Below are positions 9,255 to 18,713 of a stretch of 64,000 nucleotides of DNA, one piece after another; positions within the stretch are counted from its first letter, which is position 1; each line of letters begins with the position of its first letter. The stretch is from Sumerlaeia bacterium (GTDB lineage Bacteria > Sumerlaeota > Sumerlaeia > MVZB01). The stretch lies in the NCBI GenBank assembly GCA_041687335.1, contig JAWLCE010000001.1:33840-97839 (forward strand). Direction: 5' to 3'. Both the position numbers and the translations under genes were made by a program. The notes beneath the pieces are model-generated. The model worked only from the letters and a program-made list of their open reading frames with translations. It did no database searches and was not told the origin of the DNA.

Positions 9255-10412
9255 ATGAACATGACCGCAGCACGCGCAACCGCAGCCGCCCAAAGGCTGA
9301 TCCTCCTCGTCGCGATCCTACTGGCGGGAGGCGCCCCGGCGTGGGCGGCGGAATGGCTGACCGCCCCGCCCAGCGACCGGGCGGCGCTGCTGGGATGCAT
9401 GGCGCTTTATGCCGGCCCCGGCCCGGGCCCCGAGCAGATCGTCGCACCCGAGGTCGAGATCGTGGCGGAGGTGGACCTGGGCGACCATGTGCGGCGCACG
9501 CTCAAGTATTGGGTCGAGGAGGGCGAGCGGGTGGAGGGCTACCTGCTGCTGCCCAAGCCGCTGCCGACGGCGGCCGAGCCCCGGCCGCTGGTGCTGGCGC
9601 CCCACCCGACCCACGCGCTGGGCAAGGATTCGGTGATCGGCCTGTTTCCGACGGCGCCGGCCGACGAGGCCGAGGCGCAGCATCGCGGCCAGCGGACGTA
9701 TGCGCTGGAGCTGGTGCGGCGGGGGTTTGTGGTCTTCGCGCCCGACCGGGCGGCCTATGGCTCGCGCCGCGTCACCGAAAACACGACGGTCGGCACGCAA
9801 CTGATGGCGGCCTATGAGCGTGAGTTCTTCAGGCCGCGCTGGCCGGAGTGGCGGCTGACCTCGGGCAAGACGGTCTGGGACTTGCAGCGGGCGCTGGATT
9901 TCCTGCTCGAGTATGACTTCATCGACCGAGGGCGGGTGGGCATGATTGGACATTCGCTGGGGGGCTGGGACACGATGCTGCTCGCGTCGGCGGACGAGCG
10001 GATCACGGCGGCGGTGGCCAACGGCGGAGGCGGGATTCAGTTCGATCCCAAGATTTGGACCGACGGCGAAGCGCGCGCGCGGGCACTGGCCGACCCGGTC
10101 GGCTATGGCTTGAACCTCAATCGCATGACCAACGTGATGCTGATGGCGATGGCGCCGCGGCCGTTCCTTTACCTGCGCGCCACCAATGACACCGCCGAGC
10201 ATCCGGGGATGGAGCGGATCACGGATCATTTCACGCTGGTGGCGGACTATTACCGGCAGGCGGCGGGCGACCAGCCGAAAAGCTGGCGCGCACCGGTCGG
10301 GATCTATTACCACTCCAACGGCCACAGCTTCGAGGCCGAGGCGCGCGCGCTGGCGTACACCTGGCTTGAGGTGCAACTGGGCCGGCGCAACGTGGGCGAC
10401 CCGGTTGACTAA
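9255..10412 (+). CDS. Secreted alpha/beta-hydrolase (dienelactone hydrolase / acetyl-esterase-like)
   Basis: The start was refined to MNMTAARATAAAQRLILLVAILLAGGAPAWA, a signal peptide with GGAGG upstream. GHSLGG is the nucleophile elbow. Confidence 0.65.
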   Translation: MNMTAARATAAAQRLILLVAILLAGGAPAWAAEWLTAPPSDRAALLGCMALYAGPGPGPEQIVAPEVEIVAEVDLGDHVRRTLKYWVEEGERVEGYLLLPKPLPTAAEPRPLVLAPHPTHALGKDSVIGLFPTAPADEAEAQHRGQRTYALELVRRGFVVFAPDRAAYGSRRVTENTTVGTQLMAAYEREFFRPRWPEWRLTSGKTVWDLQRALDFLLEYDFIDRGRVGMIGHSLGGWDTMLLASADERITAAVANGGGGIQFDPKIWTDGEARARALADPVGYGLNLNRMTNVMLMAMAPRPFLYLRATNDTAEHPGMERITDHFTLVADYYRQAAGDQPKSWRAPVGIYYHSNGHSFEAEARALAYTWLEVQLGRRNVGDPVD

Positions 10413-10606
10413 TCCGCTGTCGCCGTCACGGCGGCCGGAGGCAGTTCGACGTCGCTTTCGGTGCTGAACATCAAAAATGGCATCAGGCCGAACTGGCGTT
10501 CGACCTTTTTCCGATCGTCGGTGATGCGGGTTTCGGAGTTGAACATCAGGCAACCGCTCAGCATCGGCAACAGGCAGAGGGTCAGCACCAGCAGGATTCG
10601 CTTCAT
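10409..10606 (-). CDS. Small hypothetical lipoprotein (65 aa)
   Basis: MKRILLVLTLCLLPMLSGC is a signal peptide with a lipobox. Confidence 0.35.
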   Translation of the reverse strand: MKRILLVLTLCLLPMLSGCLMFNSETRITDDRKKVERQFGLMPFLMFSTESDVELPPAAVTATAD

Positions 10607-10722
10607 CTGAATGTCCTTTCGGGTTCATCGCGGTGCGGCAGGCGCACCCCTTGGATCAATAGACTATTCAAATTCGGTTTTGTTTCATCAACCAACTTTT
10701 TTTCTCAGAATGCGGGGCCTGC

Positions 10723-10763
10723 AAAAAAAACCGCCCCGCCGGCGTGGTGGCCGGCGGGGCGGT
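10723..10763 (-). terminator. Rho-independent terminator downstream of ilvC
   Basis: On the minus strand a perfect GC hairpin ccgccccgccgg...ccggcggggcgg is followed by eight T. Confidence 0.7.
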
Positions 10764-10791
10764 GAAGGACGAGCTGTGGCAGCCGGCCCGA

Positions 10792-11787
10792 TTACTTCTT
10801 CTTGAGCCAGCCCATCTTGGCGCGGATGTCGCGGCCGACGGCCTCGATGGGGTGGGCGGCGCCCTTCTCGCGCAGCTTCTTGAAGTTGGGCATGCCGGAC
10901 TTGGCTTCCTCGACCCACTCCTTGGCGAAGGCGCCACTCTGGACCTCGGCGAGGATCTTCTTCATCTCGGCGCGGGTCTGGGCGTTGACCAGGCGCGGGC
11001 CGCGGGTCAGGTCGCCGTATTCGGCGGTGTTGCTGATGGAGTCGCGCATGCGGGCGATGCCGCCCTCGTAGATCAGGTCGACGATCAGCTTGACCTCGTG
11101 GACGCACTCGAAGTAGGCCATCTCGGGGCTGTAGCCGGCGTCGACAAGAGTCTCGTAGCCGGCGAAGATCAGCTCGGTGAGGCCGCCGCAGAGGACGACC
11201 TGCTCGCCAAAGAGATCGGTCTCGGTCTCTTCCTTGAAGGTGGTCTCATAGACGCCGGCGCGGGTGCCGCCGACACCCTTGGCCTGAGCCAGCGCCAGCG
11301 CCATCGCCTGGCCCGAGGCGTCCTGCTGGACGGCGACCAGGCAGGGGACGCCGCCGCCCTCGGTGTAGGTGCGGCGCACGAGGTGGCCGGGGCCCTTGGG
11401 GGCGACCATCCAGACGTCGACGTCGGCGGGGGGCTGGATTTGCTTGAAGTGGATGTTGAAGCCGTGGCTGAAGACAAGGGCCTTGCCGGCGCGCATGTGC
11501 TGGGCGATTTCCTTCTCATAGACCCGGGCCTGAATTTCGTCGGGGAGAAGGATATGAATCACGTCCGCGCGTTCGGCGGCGGCGGCGGCGCTCATCGGCT
11601 CAAAACCGTGCTCGAGCGCCAGCTTGAAGTTCTCGGTGCCCTCGAGCTCGCCGACGATCACGTTGACGCCGCTGTCGCGCAGGTTCTGGCCCTGGGCATG
11701 GCCCTGGCTGCCGTAGCCGATAATGGCGACCGTCTTGCCGCTCAGCAGCGAAAGGTCCGCGTCGTCTTCGTAGTATAACTTGGCCAT
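10792..11787 (-). CDS. ilvC: Ketol-acid reductoisomerase (class I)
   Basis: Recognised as KARI along its full length: N-terminal [36 protein letters not shown] and the rest of the protein. Confidence 0.9.
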   Translation of the reverse strand: MAKLYYEDDADLSLLSGKTVAIIGYGSQGHAQGQNLRDSGVNVIVGELEGTENFKLALEHGFEPMSAAAAAERADVIHILLPDEIQARVYEKEIAQHMRAGKALVFSHGFNIHFKQIQPPADVDVWMVAPKGPGHLVRRTYTEGGGVPCLVAVQQDASGQAMALALAQAKGVGGTRAGVYETTFKEETETDLFGEQVVLCGGLTELIFAGYETLVDAGYSPEMAYFECVHEVKLIVDLIYEGGIARMRDSISNTAEYGDLTRGPRLVNAQTRAEMKKILAEVQSGAFAKEWVEEAKSGMPNFKKLREKGAAHPIEAVGRDIRAKMGWLKKK

Positions 11788-12227
11788 CTGTCCGGTCTCC
11801 TGTGGGATTGGGGGAGGGAATCGCTGCCGCGGGCTGTATGCCGCGTGCCTCCTAGCAACCGCGAAACCCGACCACCTTAGTCCCCGGCGGAAGGAAGATC
11901 AAGAAAATATCCAAGCGCGCGGCGAGGGGGAGTGACGGCAGGAGTTTCTCATAGTCCCATACAGAATTTTTCCGTGTTGCCCTTTCAAAGTGTCGAGCCT
12001 GCCCTGCCGCGATACAAAAAAGCGACACCCCATGTTGACGAAGCGGTCGGTCCAGCATATCCAAAGATTACCTTGAACGTCGTTTAGTTATGACAATCGC
12101 ATCATGTTTCATCGGCCGGCTCTTCAAGGGTTGAGGGATGGGGAGGATAACGCGGTCGGGTGGGCGGTCATCCCGCCGCCACGATTGCATGGGCCCTGGA
12201 ACCTTCTTGCAAAAAGGAGCAAATCGA

Positions 12228-13328
12228 ATGGGTTTCGGACGTCGATTTCTGATTGCGGTGCTGTTTGTGGCCTTTGCGGCGGCATCGATGCGAGCCGGGG
12301 CTGCTGATCCGTTGGCGGGCACCAGCCACAACATCACCCCGGTGAGGGCGATCCGGCTGGGGCAGCCCCCCTTGGAGTACGCCGGGGGAAGCTATATCCG
12401 CAGCGAAGGCAACTTGATGGTGGTCGGGCTCAGCCGCTGGTCGGGAGCGGCTGATTCATCGGAACGCATCTCGACCGTCAGCCTTTTCGACATCAGTCAA
12501 CCGACGCAGCCGGCGCTGATGCACGAGATGAATCTGACTTATGGCCTCCACCTGCTGCAGTTGCAAGGAAGCCTGCTCTTTCTGGGCTCGACCCAGCAGG
12601 TCTTCATCTGGGATGTGAGCGCGCCGGCCACTCCGGTTCTCAAGTCCACCATTTCCCGGCATGGTTATTTCTTTTACCTCGCTCCGCTGGTGGTAACTGA
12701 AAGCCCAGTCGGGTTGGTCGGCTTCCGGATCTATGATCTCACCAACCCCGCATCGCCCGTGCTGCTCTACAATTCAGAGAATACGGCGAAGCAATACAGC
12801 GGGGTCAATCTGGTCCGTGGCAATTTTGTTTACTGCTACGGGGGCAGCACTCCATACGTGCTCGATATTACCAGCCCAAGCCAACCTGTAGAGGTGGGCA
12901 TTTGGTCCCCGCGCCTGATCCAGAATGGGCTGTTGGTGTTCCATGGAAATTTCGCCGTCGATTGTTTTGGACATATTTTCGATTTCCAAAATCCGCTCGA
13001 TCCAGTGCTGCTGGCCACTTGGAATTCGATTGATACCTCGCGACCGGTGGTGGAGCCGGACCGCCTGCTCATCCGAAACGGCCTCGTCTATGCGGCCACC
13101 AGCAACGAGTTGGTTGTGGTGGACAAAAACCGGAGCGAGGAAATCGCACCGCAGGTCGGCTGGCACAGGTTGCCCCAATCTGGCCAGCTCGCTTTATCCG
13201 GAGACATCATTTACCTGCTCGACGGGTGCAATCGCCTGTTGCACATACTGCGATTGCAAGGTGCGGCCGTGCCGGCGGTATCGACTAAATCGTCCAGCGC
13301 CGAACGCGACTGGATGCTGCTCCGGTAG
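12228..13328 (+). CDS. Secreted LVIVD-repeat-like beta-propeller protein (hypothetical)
   Basis: The start was refined to MGFGRRFLIAVLFVAFAAASMRAGA, with AAGGAG upstream. It contains repeated units of the form x-V-x-G-x-x-V-Y-a-a...L-x-V-x-D. Regional GC is lower than the flanks. Confidence 0.45.
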   Translation: MGFGRRFLIAVLFVAFAAASMRAGAADPLAGTSHNITPVRAIRLGQPPLEYAGGSYIRSEGNLMVVGLSRWSGAADSSERISTVSLFDISQPTQPALMHEMNLTYGLHLLQLQGSLLFLGSTQQVFIWDVSAPATPVLKSTISRHGYFFYLAPLVVTESPVGLVGFRIYDLTNPASPVLLYNSENTAKQYSGVNLVRGNFVYCYGGSTPYVLDITSPSQPVEVGIWSPRLIQNGLLVFHGNFAVDCFGHIFDFQNPLDPVLLATWNSIDTSRPVVEPDRLLIRNGLVYAATSNELVVVDKNRSEEIAPQVGWHRLPQSGQLALSGDIIYLLDGCNRLLHILRLQGAAVPAVSTKSSSAERDWMLLR

Positions 13329-13331
13329 CGG

Positions 13332-14612
13332 TCAGGTCCTTTGGACCAGCGAGCAGATCAGGTCCTCGAATCGATGGGTGCAGGCCTGGGCGGTGAAGTC
13401 GGCGCGCACGCGCGCCAATGCCGTCTGGGCCATGCGCCGGCGCAGCTCGGAGTCGCCCAGCAGGCGCTCGAGCGCGGCGCGCACGTTGTCGATGCTGTCG
13501 CCATCGACGCGCAGGCCGCTGATGCCCTCCTCGATGGCATCGGCGGTGCCGCCGGCAATGCCGCCGATGACGGGGGTGCCGCAGGCGTTGGCCTCGAGGA
13601 AAACAATCCCGAAACCCTCGGTGTCGCCATCGACCATGCGGTTGTTCTGGATGAACAGGTCGGCGGCGCCGTAGTAGCGGGGCAGATCCTTGTCGTTCAG
13701 ATAGCCCAGGAAGCGGACACGCTCGGCGAGGCCGAGCTCGCCGGCCAACTGGCGCAGGTTAGCCTCCTCGCGCCCGGTGCCGCCGATCAGATAAATCCAG
13801 TCGGGGGGGAGGTTTCGGGCCCCGGCGAGCGCGCGCAGCGTCTGATCGATGCCCTTGCGCGGGATCAGGCGCGCGATGGTCAGCAGGACCGTGCGGCCGG
13901 TCAGGCCCAGCTCACGGCGTAGCGCCTCGCGGTCGGCGGGCGGCTGGAAGCGATCGGTATCGACGAAGTTGGGCAGCACGCGGACCCTTTCGGGGTCGAG
14001 CTGGACCGAGTCGGCGATGAGGTTTGCGGTGAACTGGCTGACGACGATATTGATGCGGGCCTCGCGGATGGAATCCATCTGCTTGCGCAGCAGGTAACGG
14101 CCGAGCAGGCCGCCGTTGATATGGTTCTGGGTCATTTCCTCGCCGTGGATGTAATTGATGAATGGCATGCCGGGGGGCAGGTGGCTCATCAGCCAACCGA
14201 GCCGATAGGAAGCGCCGGAAATGACCAGGTCGGGGCGGAAGGCCTCGATGGTGGCGCGGAACTGGCGCGCGACGCGCGGGAAGAAGCCGGCGGTCTCGAC
14301 GAGGCGGCTGACAAGGTTGTGGGACTTGAAATGCAGCGCCAGCCGGTTGATACGGAAGATTTGATAGCCATGCTCATGGGCCAGTTGGATGGCAAGTTCC
14401 TCGGTGCCGGGCTTCATCTCCTGGCCCTCGGTGAGGACGGCGCAGTCGAGGCGGGTGGCGCGCCGCAGCAGGTCATCATAAAGGCGCACGGCGCCGCCAT
14501 AGTTCTGCGGATAGAAATAGGGAGCGACCAGAAGCACACGAGGTCGGGCGAGGGGTTGAGGGTCCATATCCACTATCTGGGCCTGGGTGGGCTGATAAAC
14601 TGCTTTTTCCAT
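13332..14612 (-). CDS. Glycosyltransferase family 4
   Basis: C-terminal GT4 signature EGFGIVFLEANACGTPVIG and overall GT-B architecture. Confidence 0.75.
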   Translation of the reverse strand: MEKAVYQPTQAQIVDMDPQPLARPRVLLVAPYFYPQNYGGAVRLYDDLLRRATRLDCAVLTEGQEMKPGTEELAIQLAHEHGYQIFRINRLALHFKSHNLVSRLVETAGFFPRVARQFRATIEAFRPDLVISGASYRLGWLMSHLPPGMPFINYIHGEEMTQNHINGGLLGRYLLRKQMDSIREARINIVVSQFTANLIADSVQLDPERVRVLPNFVDTDRFQPPADREALRRELGLTGRTVLLTIARLIPRKGIDQTLRALAGARNLPPDWIYLIGGTGREEANLRQLAGELGLAERVRFLGYLNDKDLPRYYGAADLFIQNNRMVDGDTEGFGIVFLEANACGTPVIGGIAGGTADAIEEGISGLRVDGDSIDNVRAALERLLGDSELRRRMAQTALARVRADFTAQACTHRFEDLICSLVQRT

Positions 14613-14852
14613 CGTGAGAATTACCTTCTGACACTTCAGCGTTCAAACTGATGCAGCCTTCGGACGGGCAATGACTCCATGAATTGTGTTCATTGCCGGG
14701 AACATGCCCATCTCACATCACTCATCCGATGGCATGCTGAATGATTAACCGATTGCCATGCAATAGCTGAATTCATTATGGGCCAGCAGCAGCAGCAGCA
14801 AGGAGTAAATAATGATCGGGAGATTCCCTATTTTCGGCAGAGGAGGGGCGCT

Positions 14853-16667
14853 TCAATCCAGCGCAAACTGGGCGCGGTAGGCCTCGGCCCCCTGCATCTC
14901 GGGCTGTTCGGACTTGAGCAGCACATGGCGGCCGAGCACCAGCGCGTCGATATGGGTGAGCATGAAGCAGCGGTAGGCCTCCTCGGGCCGGCAGACGATC
15001 GGCTCGCCGCGGATGTTGAAGGAGGTATTGATGATGACGGGGCAGCCGGTGCGGGCCTCGAAGGCGCGCATCACGTCGTAGAGCGGGCCGTGGCGCGCGG
15101 GGTCGACCGTCTGGACGCGGGCCGAGTAGTCGACATGGGTGACGGCGGGCACCTCCGAGCGCACTTCCTTGACGCGGTCCAGGCCGCGAGAGCCATTGGT
15201 TTGGTTGCGGCGGCGATCGGCGCGCACGGGCGCCACCAGCAGCATGTAGGGGCTCTCGCGATCCAGCTCGAACCAATCAGCCACGCGCTCGGCCAGCACG
15301 CAGGGGGCGAAGGGGCGGAAGGATTCGCGGAACTTGATCTTGAGGTTCATCGTCGACTGCATTTTGCTGGAGCGGGCGTCGCCGATGATGGAGCGGCTGC
15401 CGAGGGCGCGGGGGCCGAATTCCATCCGCCCCTGAAACCAGCCGACGACCTTCTCGGAGGCGATCAGCTCGGCGACCACTCCGGGCAGCTCGGCCTCGGA
15501 ATAAGTGGTGAAGTGGGCGCCGAGGGGGGCGAGCAGGTCGGCGATCTCGTCGTCGCTCCAGGCGGGTCCGAGCTTGGAACCCCGCATCGAGTCGCCGGGG
15601 CACGGGCTGCGGTCGGCGCCGTAGAAATGGTGCCAGACGTCAAGGGCGGCCCCGAGCGCGCCGCCGGCATCGCCGGCCGCGGGCTGGATCCAGAGCTGAT
15701 CGACGACACCCGAGCGTAGGATGACGCCATTGCCGACGCAATTGAGGGCCACGCCCCCCGCCATGCAGAGGTTGCGGCAGCCGGTGGCCTCGACGGCGCG
15801 CCGGGCCAGCCCGACCATCAGCTCCTCGGTGACCAGCTGGATGGAGGCGGCCAGATCCATCTCGCGCTGGGTGATGGGGGTTTCGGGCTTGCGTGGGGGG
15901 CCGCCGAAGAGCCGGTCGAAGGCGCGGCCGGTCATCGTGCGGCCGTGGGTATATTCGAAATATTCGATCGCCAGCCGGAACGAGCCGTCGGGGGCGACCT
16001 GGACGAGGTTGTCGCGGATGAGGTCGGCATAGACCGGCTCGCCGAAGGGGGCCAGCCCCATGAGCTTGTATTCGCCGCTGTTGACGCGGAAGCCGCAGAA
16101 GTAAGTAAAAGCGGAATAAAGCAGGCCGATCGAATGCGGGAAGTGGATTTCCTCGAGGATGCGCAGCTCGCGGCCGACACCATGGGCCAGCGTGGTGGTG
16201 GCCCACTCCCCCACCCCGTCGATGGTGAGGACGGCGGCCTCCTGGAACGGTGAGGGGTAGAAGGCACTGGCGGCGTGCGAGCGGTGATGTTCGGTGAAGA
16301 GGATTTTGCCGCGGAAGTCGGGGCCCATCGAATCGCGCATCAGGCGGCGGATATGGAGCCGGTCGCGGCTCCAGAGCGCGACCGCGCGCATGAACTGGCC
16401 CAGGCCGCGGGGTGAGACCGCCAGCAACGTCTCCAGGATGCGGTCGAACTTGACCAGGGGTTTTTCGTAGAAGACGATCGCGTCGAGCCGGGCGCGATCA
16501 AGGTTAGCCTCGGCCAGAACATAGTCGATGGCATTGACCGGCCAGCGCTCGTCGTGCTTGCGGCGGCTGAAGCGCTCCTCCTGGGCGGCGGCGACAATCT
16601 CGCCGTCGCGCACCAAGGCGGCCGCCGAATCGTGATAGAGGGCGGAGATGCCCAGGATGGCGACCAT
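14853..16667 (-). CDS. Carbamoyltransferase (NodU/CmcH/TobZ family)
   Basis: The N-terminus MVAILGISALYHDSAAALVRDGEIVAAAQEERFSRRKHD and the 604-aa length fit this family. Confidence 0.85.
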   Translation of the reverse strand: MVAILGISALYHDSAAALVRDGEIVAAAQEERFSRRKHDERWPVNAIDYVLAEANLDRARLDAIVFYEKPLVKFDRILETLLAVSPRGLGQFMRAVALWSRDRLHIRRLMRDSMGPDFRGKILFTEHHRSHAASAFYPSPFQEAAVLTIDGVGEWATTTLAHGVGRELRILEEIHFPHSIGLLYSAFTYFCGFRVNSGEYKLMGLAPFGEPVYADLIRDNLVQVAPDGSFRLAIEYFEYTHGRTMTGRAFDRLFGGPPRKPETPITQREMDLAASIQLVTEELMVGLARRAVEATGCRNLCMAGGVALNCVGNGVILRSGVVDQLWIQPAAGDAGGALGAALDVWHHFYGADRSPCPGDSMRGSKLGPAWSDDEIADLLAPLGAHFTTYSEAELPGVVAELIASEKVVGWFQGRMEFGPRALGSRSIIGDARSSKMQSTMNLKIKFRESFRPFAPCVLAERVADWFELDRESPYMLLVAPVRADRRRNQTNGSRGLDRVKEVRSEVPAVTHVDYSARVQTVDPARHGPLYDVMRAFEARTGCPVIINTSFNIRGEPIVCRPEEAYRCFMLTHIDALVLGRHVLLKSEQPEMQGAEAYRAQFALD

Positions 16668-16685
16668 GAAAGGCTCCCCTTGCCC

Positions 16686-16889
16686 TTATAGGACCGAATA
16701 GATGAAGGGGCTTAGCACGCTGGCCTTGGCGGCGATCAGGGCGATCAGGCCGAGCACCAGCACCAGCACGATGAGCGGGATGAGCCACCATTTTTTATTC
16801 TCGCGCAGGAACCAGATGAACTCGGCGGCCAAGGAAAGATTTTCACCCTCCTCGAGGTCCTGCTGGGGGGTGACGTCGTTTGGGTTCAT
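16686..16889 (-). CDS. DUF5989-like small membrane protein (carbamoyltransferase partner)
   Basis: A 67-aa protein with one TM helix and a C-terminal PFIYSVL tail, immediately upstream of the carbamoyltransferase. Confidence 0.5.
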   Translation of the reverse strand: MNPNDVTPQQDLEEGENLSLAAEFIWFLRENKKWWLIPLIVLVLVLGLIALIAAKASVLSPFIYSVL

Positions 16890-17071
16890 GCCGGCTCACA
16901 TCCTGTCGGTCTCGGGGCCTTGCGGATGCCCTCCAGGGCACCCGGCGCGGGGGCTGCATTCACCATACAAAGGGCGGGGCGGGGGGTCAATCGGTTTGGG
17001 CGCCGATGATGGAAATCCAGAACAAACCCACCCATTGACAAACCAACCGTGACGATGCAATCTCGCGGACG

Positions 17072-18541
17072 ATGCGTCAAGTGGCAACCCAGCAAACAGT
17101 CAGGCAACTCCGGCCCCGCAAGTGGCTGGCCGTGACGGCATGGCTGGCCCCGGCTGTCATTATTTACTTCGCCCTCTGCCTCTGGCACCTGACCCGCCAG
17201 GACCTGGTGCTCGACGAGTTGACCGCCATCGGCAGCCTGCGCATGCCGCTGGGCGAGATGATTCCGTGGCGATTGGGACGGGGCCACCCGCCGCTGTTTT
17301 TCATCATCCTGTGGGGCTGGGTGCGGCTGTTGGGCTGGCATTTTTATAGCCTGCAGGCACTGCCGATCCTGATCAGCGCGCTTGGGATCCCGCTGGTCTA
17401 CCTGATCGGGCGGGAGTTGGGGCTGGGGCGCTGGGCCGGCTTGGCCGCCCTGCTGTGGGTGCTCCACAACGTGACGATCTACTATGCGCGGATGGTGCGG
17501 CCCTACGGCGGGATGATGGTGATGGGGCTGGCCGTGCTCTGGCTGCTGCTGGTCTGCCTGCGGCGGCCGACGCCGGGCCGGTTGTGGGCGCTGGCGGGGG
17601 TGGGGGTGCTGGGCGCAGTTTGGAACCATAACGTGCTGCTGGTCTGGGCCGGGGCTTTGGGTGCGGCCTGGCTGATGCGGCGGCGCTTGCGCCCGCCGAC
17701 GGGTGTGTGGCTGGCGGGCGCGGCGGCGCTGGCGGCGCACACGGCCATGATCGGCCTGACCGCCTGGCAGGCCGGCGGCGGTGAGCCGCTCGCATGGATC
17801 GAGCCGCTCCATTTTGACCAACTGGCCGACCAGACGATGGACCTCCTGGGAGGCAACATAACCTGGTATCGCCACCTGGATTGGACCTGTCTGCTGCCGC
17901 TGGCGCTGGTGGGGGCGATGATCTTCAGCGCCAACCGCGGGCTTGACGGGCCGGCCGAGGCCCGCTGGCGCCTCGTGCTGGCGACCGCCTTGGCTCCGCC
18001 GGCGCTCTTGCTGCTGATCAGCCTGTTTCAGCCGGTCTACATGCAACGTTACATGCTGGTGGCGCTACCCGGCATGATCCTGATGCTGGCGCGGATGCTG
18101 CGAGAGCTGCGGCCGCGCCCCGCAGCCTGGCTGCTGCTGGCGCTGCTGCTGGTGCAGATGCCGCTGGCTGTCGAGGAAATGGCGCAAAGCCGGCGGACAG
18201 GGCTGCGCAAGATGGCCGAGGAGCTGGCACGCCGCCATGAAGCGGGCGACGGGATCATGGTCTTTAACGACGAAAGCGCGCTGGCGCTGATGCTGTTCAC
18301 ACCGCTCGACAAGTTCGACTATTTTATCGTGCCGCGCCGGGAGTCGCTTGAGGAGCAACGCCGGCTGTTCGAAGCCGGCTGCGCAGGGCGGCGGCGCATC
18401 TGGATCCTCGGCGTGCGCCACCGCGGCGGACTGCTCGAACCGGAACACTGGGACCCGCGGGCGGGCAGCTTCTTCCTGCACCAGAAATCACGCGAAAGCG
18501 AGCTGTGGGGGCTGGAGCCAGCCGGGTTTGGGTGCCGATGA
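17072..18541 (+). CDS. GT-C-fold glycosyltransferase (ArnT/PMT-like, family 39/83-like)
   Basis: Polytopic membrane protein with a DE dipeptide in the first loop (LVLDELTAIG). The antisense ORF 16886..18046 was rejected. Confidence 0.6.
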   Translation: MRQVATQQTVRQLRPRKWLAVTAWLAPAVIIYFALCLWHLTRQDLVLDELTAIGSLRMPLGEMIPWRLGRGHPPLFFIILWGWVRLLGWHFYSLQALPILISALGIPLVYLIGRELGLGRWAGLAALLWVLHNVTIYYARMVRPYGGMMVMGLAVLWLLLVCLRRPTPGRLWALAGVGVLGAVWNHNVLLVWAGALGAAWLMRRRLRPPTGVWLAGAAALAAHTAMIGLTAWQAGGGEPLAWIEPLHFDQLADQTMDLLGGNITWYRHLDWTCLLPLALVGAMIFSANRGLDGPAEARWRLVLATALAPPALLLLISLFQPVYMQRYMLVALPGMILMLARMLRELRPRPAAWLLLALLLVQMPLAVEEMAQSRRTGLRKMAEELARRHEAGDGIMVFNDESALALMLFTPLDKFDYFIVPRRESLEEQRRLFEAGCAGRRRIWILGVRHRGGLLEPEHWDPRAGSFFLHQKSRESELWGLEPAGFGCR

Positions 18542-18574
18542 TGGCTTGACCCCCCGTGGCCGGGGACTTAAGAT

Positions 18575-18675
18575 ATGGCGTGGGGAGCTCCGCCAAGGGG
18601 CTGAGAGGGCGGTGGGCCGCCGACCCGTTGCACCTGATCCGGGTAATGCCGGCGAAGGGAACTGGCCCGCCCATG
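18575..18675 (+). promoter_or_regulatory. TPP (THI-box) riboswitch
   Basis: ggggagctccgcc...ctgagagggcgg...acccgttgcacctgatccgggtaatgccggcgaagggaactgg matches the THI element consensus (CUGAGA ... ACCCnnnGAACCUGAUCnGGnUAAUnCCnGCGnAGGGA). Confidence 0.8.
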
Positions 18676-18685
18676 CATGCAAGGC

Positions 18686-18713
18686 GCCTCCCCGCGGGGA
18701 GGCTTTTGTTTTG
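18686..18713 (+). promoter_or_regulatory. Riboswitch expression platform: an 18-nt perfect palindrome plus U-tract that contains the Shine-Dalgarno sequence
   Basis: The hairpin gcctccccgcggggaggc is followed by ttttgttttg. The ggggagg SD lies in the 3' arm and the TTG start follows immediately. Confidence 0.5.

Noticed and set aside
10700-10790. A possible additional small gene between the lipoprotein and ilvC
   Set aside because: The segment is fully accounted for by the ilvC intrinsic terminator hairpin plus its T-tract.
11852-12337. Small minus-strand ORFs (70 and 89 aa) in the ilvC/LVIVD divergent intergenic region
   Set aside because: No SD and no coding-like composition. They lie in a promoter region.
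14778-14795. A (CAG)5CAA microsatellite and the plus ORF beginning MGQQQQQQ
   Set aside because: The ORF is an antisense artefact over the carbamoyltransferase 3' end. The repeat is short and intergenic and is noted only in passing.
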